A DNA stretch of 64,000 nucleotides from Owenia fusiformis (Eukaryota): positions 6,944,001 through 7,008,000 of the forward strand of contig CAIIXF020000001.1 of the NCBI GenBank assembly GCA_903813345.2, given 5' to 3'. Below, piece by piece: positions 53,301 through 64,000 of this stretch; positions within the stretch are counted from its first letter, which is position 1; each line of letters opens with the position of its first letter. Under the pieces are notes generated by a model that was not told the DNA's origin, searched no databases, and saw only the letters and a list, made by a program, of their open reading frames with translations. The position numbers and the translations under genes are program-made.

Positions 53301-55955
53301 GCGAAAAAATGTGAAAAATATAATTCGAGAAAAAATTTGAAAAAATAATTGAAAAAAAATTGTGAAAAAATGTTAAAATTTTTTTAAATATTTTTGAAAA
53401 TAATTAAAAAATGTAAAAAGAAATTTTTTTTTGAAAAAATTCGAAACCATGGAATATCACTTTTCAAACCACCGAATATCACTTTTTAAGACGTGATATT
53501 CGATAGTTTAAAAGTGATATTCGATGGTTTGTGAATTTTTTGCTAAAATATTATAACTTGATCCACATATCAAATATATCTTCATGTGATATTCGATCTA
53601 TATCCTTGCAACCATGGGATTATCACTGTTATTCCATAGTTAGCATGATATTCATAGGATAACATGTGAAAATAAAAACGGTATTTTTGTAATCAGTGGT
53701 AAAATATGATATTTTTGACAAATTTTCACTTAACCATAGCATACGGTTTTTTAGCCATGACATACGGCGCCGTATGCGATGGTTTATGGATTTTTGCTAC
53801 TTCAGACTCAAAACGAGGCTAAGTGTCATTATCGCCGGATCGTTTGGAAAATTCGAATTAAATCACTTAATTTCCGACGATTCTGATGATGACTTTAACT
53901 ATGGAATAAAAAGAACATCCTATGATTTACTCGTGATATGATTTTAATCCACTCATGGATATTGATATCTGCACTCTCTTGCTACGCTCGCTCGTGCAGA
54001 TGATCATATCCATTCGTGGATGAAAATCATATCACTCATAAATCATAGGATATCCTATATATATGCTTAAGACCAAAAAACCTATAAAGAATGTTATTAT
54101 TGAATACTGAGAATACATTGTTTTTACATTACGGAGCTTTATTTCTACCTGAAAGCATTTTGGAACATATCTCTTGCTTAAATATATCATGCAATGTTAC
54201 TTTCAAAAACTTTCTTAGAACAATTAGACCATCCTATACTTTGACATGTTATTCTCCATTTCGTTTTTAAAAATTGTGGGAGCTTTAAACTCTAGAAGAG
54301 CTTAATTACCAATTATACCATGCACCCTCTTTGCCCTCCGTCGCATTTTTCTTAGAATGGCCAGGCATTGAAGAGTAAAGTCAGTTAAAGTGATATATAG
54401 CTGTATATAACAACTTTCACTTGATACTGTGATGTCAAGCTTAAGCATTCAAACAGTGTATTTTGTCCCAAGATACAATAAAGTACTGATTTCATTTATT
54501 TATCAATTCAGATGCCTTGGAATTAAAGTAAACACTTGGTATATATTACCAATATTATTTTTACCTATTATTGGTGGTACAATGACCAGGTTTCCTTTAA
54601 TGTCTTTGGTCTTACTGTGCAGTTTGTAAAAAGAAAATTCAGAAAGTTGCAATCTTAGATGAAAAACTGGTGAAAATCATACTTGCTACAGCTTTTCCCA
54701 TTTTCAGAAGCCAATAGATCTGTACTTCCACATACTATGACGTTAAGTCTTCTCATATGTATTATTGGTGGTACTAACTGGAGGCAGAATCAGAAATTAT
54801 GTCAAATAAAAGTAACATTTAAGAGATAAATTGTTCTGAATAGTGCATCTTTCATATTTTTCACGATATCTGACAGGTTTTTTGTCCTTTTGCCTCTTTT
54901 TAAAAGTACATGCAGAAGTGAATATTTGATCTAGAGCTCTGAAACTTCCAATATCAGAACTTGGTAGCATTATGTCTTGGTATCTTATGTTTGGGGTCTA
55001 AAAAAGTCACAGATGTTGAGAAAAATATTCATTAAGCAGCAGTTTCAGTTCAAAGTTAGTTAAAACTGCACTCACGACAGCTTTCTCTATTTTTGAACGC
55101 CGATAGATCGGTAAGTATTAGTATTAGTACCTTGAAACTGCTCATATTATGTAGTCTTTGTGGTACTTTCTCATTGCAAAGGTAATTTGGAAACACTGTG
55201 ACTTACATTTCATGCGTTACTGAACACTGAAAATGAACCAGCCTATTAGATTTCATCATGATACATTGTACAAAATTGAAAACGTATATATAAAATATGT
55301 AGAGTCCTATATTTTAGTAATGAATGAATTACAATGTCAAGTAACAAGTGAAAATGTTAAAAATGCATTGATTTGCTTTCTATCAATATAAGTTTTTAAT
55401 TGTATGCTGCAAAATGATAACATTGACCACGCCCACTTTCCAGGGGTAGGGTACTATAAAGTCATATTAAAAATCATAAATAGTACATTATCATTATTAT
55501 AATTGTATTACAATATCAAACAAAGCTTGAATTAGTTTTTAGAAAACAATTTTGAGCTATTTAAGCTGCCATCTTTTGCTGGAAGCTACAAATATAAGAT
55601 ACGTGAGACTTAAAAATGACTAAAATTGCGTATTTTTTTCCTATTAATTGCAATATTTCTGAGACTAATACAGATATCGGCCTATAACTTTAGGATATTA
55701 TTCATCTTTGGACTAGTAATGTGTGCTGTAGAAAGCAGAACAATAGCAACTATATCCTTTATGTTATGAAATAGTCTTATAGTACCCCCTGAAATCGCAG
55801 GAATTGAAGTCCAATTCGGCCGTGAAAATTGTTTTTACCACTTTAAAGGCCATCACCTTATATTTTCTTACACCTACTAGGTTACTCTAACACACTGCAT
55901 TGCCAAAAGTTACTTCTTGCAAACTTCCGGCAAAACTGTGCCAGCATCTGATACA
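50324..55955. mobile_element. 5.6-kb foldback element with kb-long inverted arms and a TAA target duplication
   Basis: TAA|TGTATCAGATGCTGGCACAG ... CTGTGCCAGCATCTGATACA|TAA; outer ~700 bp near-identical, inner arms diverged; no transposase ORF. Confidence 0.9.
52130..54058. mobile_element. Nest of palindromic non-autonomous elements in the foldback centre (52430-52615, 52618-53226, inverted partial copy 53235-53620, 53917-54052; short atcccgtatcag array 52177-52270)
   Basis: Each block shows internal reverse complementarity; 52430-52615 is related to 63088-63336. Confidence 0.75.
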
Positions 55956-57520
55956 TAATGTTGAGCTTGGGTTTTAGATTGTACCGCTGATGAAATATGA
56001 TTTCTTATCTTGGACCCTCTAGACCCTCTGCAATATAGCCATATTTGACATTCTACATATGAATGTATAAAATATATTTGGAATTTCTATATAGAATAAT
56101 GTTTAATTCTCATGAATTTTGCCTTTTCTACATCTTAAAAAGTTAATAACTTCTAAATTTGACCAGAAAATTCACAATTCCTTTTAGAAAATAATTTTGG
56201 ATTGTAAAGGAAACATTGGGATGCTTTTTAAAAATATTGCTTCATTCCAACATTTTACACTCACTATTCCCTATTACTTGAATTTAAAGCACATAAATGT
56301 AGTGTGAATCCTTATTTAGTTACAATAACTTTTGCAGTAGCCTCACAATGTTTCAGACAAGATTTCTTCCTTTAATGATTGCATTTGTGACTTAAAGATG
56401 TATGATTTATGTAAAATAAATTGTAATCTTAAAAGATTGTTTAACTTCTATTTATGATTGATTTTAGTAGGTCACCTCAACTCAGTTTCTATTTCTTATT
56501 TTGTTATGGATTACACTTAAGGTTTTTTCCTGAGCTGGATGACGTCAGTAAATATCAAAATTGCGAAGAAAAATTGCAAAGAAAGTCAGGGATTTCGGAA
56601 GTGTATGGAATACTTTGATCCAATTTTAGACATGCATATACAGTATTGTAAACAAATCATTGGTGATTGGTCAGAGACAAGTTAGAGAAATGTTGGGGCA
56701 TTTTCTTGAGTTATTTTTAATCAACTTGAATTCTGTACAGCAAAAAATAATCTTTATATAAATAACTTGTGTCTTGATTCATAGATGTCACTTAAGGCTT
56801 ATTATTTTGCACCATCAATCATGTCAAAATACTTTCTTAGGGAGTGCATCAAAAGATCAATGCTTCACAAAAGCTATATCGTTTTTTATTCACGCCACAA
56901 GTTATAAGGTTTATCGACAACATCGGCCTTGCTTATCCCGGAACTATCATCATGTACCTTGTTGAAGAGTCTTTCATATTCATTAGATGGGGTTTTATAT
57001 ATATTGGCTGTGCCATAATAGTAAAAAAGAAATTTCAAAATTTGATATACATCTGAAATATTATCAATATGTAGAGGTACAGAGAGGATTGTGGGATATA
57101 CATAAAACGGCTGGTGCAATTCTCTGGGGATCGATGTTGGGGAAGCTTATTGTTTTGGTTTTAAACAACCCCCCCCCCCCCCAGCTCAAAATATATAACA
57201 TATTTGGTGACATTGATCTTTTAACATGGTCCCTTAATTTGATTAGATGTGAATTCATCACCTTTTGTAAGTCATAAAAAGGTGCATTCGTGTTAAGTAT
57301 TTCTGCTTGTCATGAACTCATTGGGAAGCATTTTCCCATTCTGATACTCATAGCATCTTTCTGTTTCACCTGAAAATTTTGGGCTCTCCTGGATCACCAA
57401 ATCATGCTCATTATATCATGGCATCTCAGAGCTGAGAAGAAATAAGATGTCATGGTTTATCATGATAGCATTTTCCAAGCCTCACTTATTCTGGAAAATG
57501 ATTGTGTCATAAGTAAAACA

Positions 57521-57641
57521 TAGTCTTGCTTAAAAGACCCTGTACTCCCCCCCCTATCATTCTCTCTAGTATATTGCTAGGTAAAGAGAGTGAAGGTGAC
57601 GGGGGGGGGGGGGGGGTGGATACAGTCTTTGAGCAAGACTA
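57521..57641. mobile_element. 121-bp TAG...CTA MITE with 9-bp TSD
   Basis: agtaaaaca|TAGTCTTGCT ... AGCAAGACTA|agtaaaacg. Confidence 0.8.
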
Positions 57642-57926
57642 AGTAAAACGATGAGGTGTTGTGAATTTCAAAGTTTTTGGTCTTTTAGAATCAGTTGGAA
57701 TTGTCTGAAATAAACAAATCTTGAAATGCATCATCTATTTCTGCTGTATTTATGCTATACTGGTTTTATTCTGGACCTGTATGTAAATATGTATTGTGTT
57801 AGATAATCGAGGGGTACAAATTGATTTATAATATTACTTTATCTTTCAACAAGTTCTTGTATATACCCCCACCTGCATTCTCTTTGCTAAAGCTGAATAG
57901 AGATACTTAATATACTTGTAACTGTA

Positions 57927-58134
57927 CAGGCCCGTAGCCAGGATTTGCCAAGGGGGGGGGGTTCTGTTTTCAAAAATCTCCAGAGGGGTTCACATTTGAC
58001 AATTTTGGCCCAAATATGGCGAAAATCACTTGAGAAGTGCTCAAAATGGTGAAAAACTGCATGATTTTGAAAGAATTTTTGGCTGGGGGGGAGGGGGGGG
58101 GGGGTTCGCGCGAAACCCCCTTGCTACGGGCCTG
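57927..58134. mobile_element. hAT-like MITE with 5-bp TSD
   Basis: ctgta|CAGGCCCGTAGC ... GCTACGGGCCTG|ctgta. Confidence 0.85.
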
Positions 58135-60563
58135 CTGTAGAATGCAAGTTTCTTTTTATTATTTGTGATCATCAGATATGTCTGACCTCTAAAATTCATT
58201 ATCAGTGTGGTCTAAGATCACATTTCACATATACATTGTCTTGAATTATATAAGGTATGTAATTAAGATGGGATTGTGAGTTAGATCTTACAGTGCATTA
58301 CAAATACTGACATTGTCACTCTACATTATAAATTAAAACCAATGCCAAAATTAGAATATTAGAACAATGACAAAGGGGTTTGTTTCATAAAATGTCATCG
58401 CCTGGGGTTAGTTATTATTTTTATTTACAACATCTGTTATAGTAAACATGATAATTATATAAAAATGTTGAGCTCAAAACTTGTTTTCACCAGGGACGAT
58501 TTTCAGTTGAAAAGAATGAGATATGTCTGATTAACTACATGCCAAATTGTACTAAAAATATAACGTTTTGTTTGAAATTAACAGCAACTGACTAGTTTTG
58601 TCTTTGTGAAATGATGTCCCTATTGACATGGTCCCTTTTCAATACAAAGAAGATATGCCAGCTATCAAAAGAGAATGCCTTGAGTAAAAAGGAATACAAT
58701 ACTCAAGGTCAAGATCAATTCAGCATATAAAGTAAATGTATTACATTGATGCATCCTAAGTAGACGTGAACATGTCCTTAATCTTCGATAGGGACACAAA
58801 AAATTAAATCTTAAAAACTGTTGGAGGTGTTTACTCATTTTGGTGTTTTATGTTGAAAATCAAAAATGAACAAAAAGGTGACAGAAACATCTCTGACATA
58901 TATTTCATGTTGAATTTATTGTTCATGTCTATATAATGCAATGGCAAATTAAGGACAATATAATGTTAAGATGTTTATGAAAAACCTTGGATGAGTTGAT
59001 ATTTTAAGAACAGGGAATGCATAAATCATGATCAAAATTACATACCAGGTAACTTAATACTGCAAGTTTAGAGGTTGCGGGTATGTCATCCTTTGTGAAG
59101 TTATGAATCCTCGAAAAGATATATATAAATCTTAATTTTCTTTTTCTAGACAAAAATATTAAATTATATGTTTTGATAAATTAGGAGCACAGGTTATATC
59201 TTGTCTATTACTGAGAGCATATCAGCATACACTTTTTCTTACGGTTCATAGATTAAAAAAATAAAATCTAAAACTAAATGAATTCGAGTAAGTTGAATCT
59301 GAATGTTATTGAGGTCAAAGTTTCAACACTGATTCAGCTATCATAGCTGGGAAATGATTATTGGCCATTATTGGGGCTTTTGAACATAATTGAAAACAGG
59401 TTAGGGTCAGTTCAGTTGAGTTAACCTTAACTAGGGTTAAGGAAATCTCACTCTATTCATTCCCAATTAGTTTTTTGGTGGTTTTGACAATGACAGGATT
59501 ATAAACTACTAAAATTGATGATTCCTTCAATCAAATTATAAATATAAATGATCTCATCTAGAGGAAAAATGAAACTCAAGACCTAAAATGAGGCCATATG
59601 ATCTTTTGGAGTCATTTTTCTAAGTTGTCTTATGTCTCATATCCCATAAAATGTAACAGCTAAAATGATTGATCTTTTGACCCTGGTTTGACCCTTTTGC
59701 ATATCCATAAATGTCTTCAGAGGTACAGTTGGATATATTACATTGGAAATCAGAATGATGGATGTATATAATTTTAATGTCATCTCCAAGAATTCATTGT
59801 TTTTAAATGATGATGTAAAATATTTTTGGTGTAAAAATGAGATAACAACATCCCATGAAATTTATTTTTCAAAATTATTCTGTATATTGTGAAAATATGT
59901 AATGGAGATCTGTTATAACAGCTCCCAGCTGCTGAGAGCAGACTCAAAGAGCTTTATTGCACCCAGGAGATGAATCTAGAGGACACTGTACCATGTAGAT
60001 CAGACTTTCATACTTGCTATAATCCAAGTGTATGAATACACAAACCTGAGATAGATTTTTTTTAAGTAGCAAAAGAAAAGTTTTGAAAGTTAATGCAGTG
60101 TATGTTATGTGGTTAATAGAGTTGGCACATGCAAAATGCTTTCCATTTATTATTGTTTATAAAAACACTTTTCAATGTAGGCATTAAGATGAAAAATAAG
60201 TATTGAGTAGGAAGTTATGATGTTTAAAATATAAGTAAATCTTAAATACTTTCAAACTAACTACTGTTGTGAGCTACTTAGAGTAACTCTATATGATGAT
60301 AATTTTAATGATACTTTCACATGGTGAGCTGAGCATGCAGCTAGCTGAAGTTTCACTCTTCAAACAACAATGAACCCCTGGATGGGTAAAACAAAATTAA
60401 TTTGAGCTGAGAACTTGAGAGTTTTAGAAACATTTTCATTTTATTTTAAGTTTCATCCTATTAATATCATGTCATAGGAAAACTATAAATTTGACAGTTG
60501 ATGGATTATAAAAGGATTTCTACAATTTACTTCTAAAAGTGGTAGTATGGAACATCATTGAAA

Positions 60564-61859
60564 ATGGTGTGCATTTTGGAAAAACAGTGGTATATATATG
60601 TAGGACCTAGCATCTGTGTATGGCTTCTTGGATATATATGTATTTTTATTAGACGATTCCAGAAATATTGCAGTGATGCACCATTGGAAAGGATATCTGA
60701 TTCAACATCATTTATCGCAGAAGATGTGGGTGGGGAGCCCACTGAATTGTTTAAAACATGTGTTGGCAATCGGGAAAAAAGATCATCCAAACTTGTTCTT
60801 AAAGACACGATTGAGGGTTTGGTCAGAGGCAGGACATATCCTGGAAAATTAGTGGTAAGTTTGAATTTATGTCCCATGCACTGATTAATAAGATTTCTTC
60901 AATTTTAGGGTAGAATGTGACTTATGCTCATCTCTTTAACATAAAAACGTGACTGCAGGAGGGAAACCTGTCAAAAATTTCTGTTAGATCAGAAACTTAA
61001 AATAGGGGTTTTATAATATGGCTATGATCTTGGAAATAAAAAAACACATTTATTTTCCTAATTTATGCTCAATTCCTTTAGAATGGGTGACTTGGAAAGA
61101 TTTGCTGTGAATGTTTTTGCATTGCTGGTGTCGAGAATAATGTGTTATATAAATTCAATGAGCTACCAAAAATAAACTCGTCATATTTCACTTTCAATAC
61201 TTTGTAAATTAAGTTTCAAGCATGGGGGTAGGGGGGGGGGGCAGATCATGAATTCATTAATTTAGTTTCTGTACTGATTGTTTTGACAGCTTACCTACAT
61301 ATTTACCTTTAATATAAACATGATGTAGCTAAGTATAATCTAATCTGCTTAAGTGTCATTTCATAGGCATTATGTTTCCATAACATTAAATAATATCCGT
61401 GTTGTGCAAAACAGAATATTGAAAATATTGTGATTTCAACAGACCATATTGACCAAATCAATTTTATAATTTAGCAGTATTTTTCCAATTTCTATCTCAC
61501 ATTTTACTTTAGCATGCATACTAGTAAATGTTTTATTTAAAGAAATAGAAAGAAAAAAACAGAAACTTAGCCAGTATTAATTTGACTTGCAATGGGAACC
61601 TGTTGAGAAAGATCAAAGTTATGCATATTCAATTTCTTTAGATTTTAAAAACAATTTTTTGAATAAATCAAACTCAAGATCATGATCAAGGGCGTGATCT
61701 AAGCTATAAATGCCATAAATAGGAGCCTTCAAAATGAATCAACACAATTTTGAACTTCAAAATCAATCAAAATGAATCTAATTATATTTTATTACAGATT
61801 GGAGTTGTATGGTTACTGAATGTGCTGTCTCTAGTGCTCTACTTCATTGATGAAGCAAG
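60564..61859 (+). CDS. 5' coding exons (60564-60854, 61798-61859) of a divergent Slo/BK-type calcium-activated potassium channel (S0, S0-S1 loop, S1); partial
   Basis: Spliced peptide MVCILEKQWYIYVGPSICVWLLGYICIFIRRFQKYC...LKDTIEGLVRGRTYPGKLV|IGVVWLLNVLSLVLYFIDEA parallels Slo1 S0 and [38 protein letters not shown]; GT-AG junction, phase 0. Confidence 0.7.
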
Positions 61860-63087
61860 GTATGAAAAAGCTTGTTGCTATCATTCATCATTCAGGTTCA
61901 TGACATGGTGGTTGTAAAATATCCATTTTAATGTTTGAATTTTAAATTAGGTTTTTAAAGTACCACAAAATGTGTTTACAAAGGTTGAATTTTTTCATAA
62001 GCTTATAAAGTATCTCGCATCCAATCATGGGTTTATAGTACATGAAGTTAGAATGTCGATTATAATTCAATTGAATTCCTCTTGGTTGCTAATCATTTTA
62101 GAATATCAAAATTTTTTGTCCTGCATTTACCATTTTTGAAATATACATAACCTTGTTATTGAAAAAATAATGAAAATCTTATGTAGTACTTATAAGAATA
62201 TTTATTGTACTCTTTAGACATTAAAAACTTTTTGTTTTTGGAAATCAAACACTTCAGATTATGAGGTGAGTTGATTGATCATTTGACAAAGAACATTACA
62301 TTTTAATGGATGCACTTTCAATTTATTTCAGTTTAAAAAGGAATTTAGACATCTGGAGTACATTGTTCGAAATTTAAAGTAGAAAATTCCTAATTTTATT
62401 ATCTATGTATGCCATCATAGTCTCCGTGGTAACAACAGCCAGTTAAGAACTTTGGTAGCAAATAATGTTTTGATAAAGTCCCCATGCCAGGAGGGTAACC
62501 ATGATCTAAAGTCTGACAATGCAAAAGTTGAGAATATCAAAAAGATAAAAGAAGTTCTTGCTACCTTTACAAAACTTTAGTTGAAAAAGTATGTTTCTGT
62601 AAAATTCTGAATAACCATGAAACATTTCTGTTGTTGATTTCGTAGAATACTTTGAAATTACTATAAATCATTTGTGTTGTTGTTTATGATTTGTAGTATA
62701 ATTTGCAATTACTATAAAACAATCGTGTGATTGTTTATAATTTGTAATATATTTTGAAATTACCATCAAAACATTTGTGTTCATGTTCATGTTTTGGTGT
62801 TGTTTTTAGCTCACATGTTTTATATTGACTTAGCATTTTTGCACTGCATTTCAATTTGTTGCACACTAGGACCAAGACTTTATATGCATGACACTGTTTT
62901 TAGCTCATTTATGTTATGTTGTATTATGTTGTGTAGTTTGATGTAACTGTTTTGTAGTGTACTCTAATTTGTAGTGTACTAGGAGACTCTAAGTGTGTGA
63001 AGCTGTTGCCTTTGGATGCTTTGCTACATTGCTGCTTCTTCATATTTAGCATGTTAAGGGTAGATATTCTATTAGTTATGTTATATA

Positions 63088-63336
63088 TGGAGGTTTTTAA
63101 TGGGAGGGATGGAATATGAATTTTATTCTGAGGGAAAATATGATATTGGTCAAGAAAAATATCATATTGAGCGAGGGTGATAGCCCGAGTGTCAGTATGA
63201 TATTTTCAGAGGTCTACATCTTATCCCCCTCAGTCTATATCATATCGCCCTCGGTCAATTTGATAATTTCCTTGGCCAATATAATATTTTCCCTCAGAAT
63301 AAAATTCATTCCACCCCTCCCATTAAATAAACTCTA
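63088..63336. mobile_element. Palindromic MITE, same family as 52430-52615
   Basis: taatgggagggatggaatatgaattttattctgaggg / ccctcagaataaaattcattccacccctcccatta. Confidence 0.8.
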
Positions 63337-64000
63337 TTTATTTTTTGTTATTTGTTTCTACTTTAGTTATAATTTACTGTGTACACTTTTTATTTGTATC
63401 ATATAAAAAGTGATAGCCCCTTGTTCAAAGGCCTCTAAACTATTCATTTGACACTTTTTACATTTTTTACATTTTACATTACTGTGTTGCAATTATTTGT
63501 ATGTTAAATTAGACATTAGCTTGTCATAAACTTTACCTTTCAAACATTTCAAAAGTTGAAACTCAATGTATATTATATTTGGTAAAACTGTAGTACTATA
63601 AAAGGAAAGCAGTTTTCAATGTTGTTGCCTATCATGCACTCTATATAATATCTAGTGACTGTTTATGCTCATTGAAGGTGGTGAAACAAACAAAATGGAA
63701 ATTTTCATGTTGACCCTTTTCATCAAAGAAGACCACATCATGATCTACAGTTGCTGGAATAAGAGAGTGTCAATTATCTTTGTGTGATAAAATATATCTA
63801 CATGTATCATGGAGTATTTCCCATGATACATGAAATTAATGTACTATGAAATTAATTTATTTAAAAAACAGAATTCACTCCTTTAGTAAATATACTGCTC
63901 TAAAAATAGGAAAAGTCACCTTCATAAAGCATGGAACTAGACATTTATATAGAATGTATCTTATTCTCATGAAATGAACATTATCCTTGCTTGTAAACAT

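Noticed and set aside
60533-60877. 114-aa minus-strand ORF
   Set aside because: Antisense shadow of the Slo-like exon, which has splice and homology support on the + strand.
62218-62265. 48-nt AG...GTGAGT-bounded candidate next exon of the Slo-like gene
   Set aside because: After the phase-2 donor at 61859 it reads R-H-stop and does not resemble S2; it cannot be supported without RNA data.

Overview
AT-rich, intron-containing animal genomic DNA (repeat types suggest a marine invertebrate; the species cannot be determined from the sequence). Five host genes can be built by hand from splice sites: (1) an Ikaros/Hunchback-like C2H2 zinc-finger gene (- strand, 15490-28336), head-to-head with (2) a Rieske-domain RFESD-like gene (+, ~31354-36444); (3) SSR3/TRAP-gamma (-, 39742-47224), whose last intron is U12-type, head-to-head with (4) an 8-finger C2H2 gene (+, 49025-50068); and (5) the first two coding exons of a divergent Slo/BK-type K+ channel (+, 60564-61859; the gene continues past the window). 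The rest is mostly transposons: hAT, mariner-like, Kolobok-like, Transib-like, Helentron-like and TA-ended elements with 9-bp TSDs, a 5'-truncated LINE, a 5.6-kb foldback element, and minisatellites. The most unusual features are a >6.6-kb TIR element with inverted G-rich minisatellite arms around a decayed OTU-deubiquitinase/Cys-cluster gene; an intron that begins with more than 30 tandem copies of its own splice donor, each unit resembling a mini-intron, with inverted copies in the 3'UTR; and an inverted duplicate of one bidirectional promoter next to the other.
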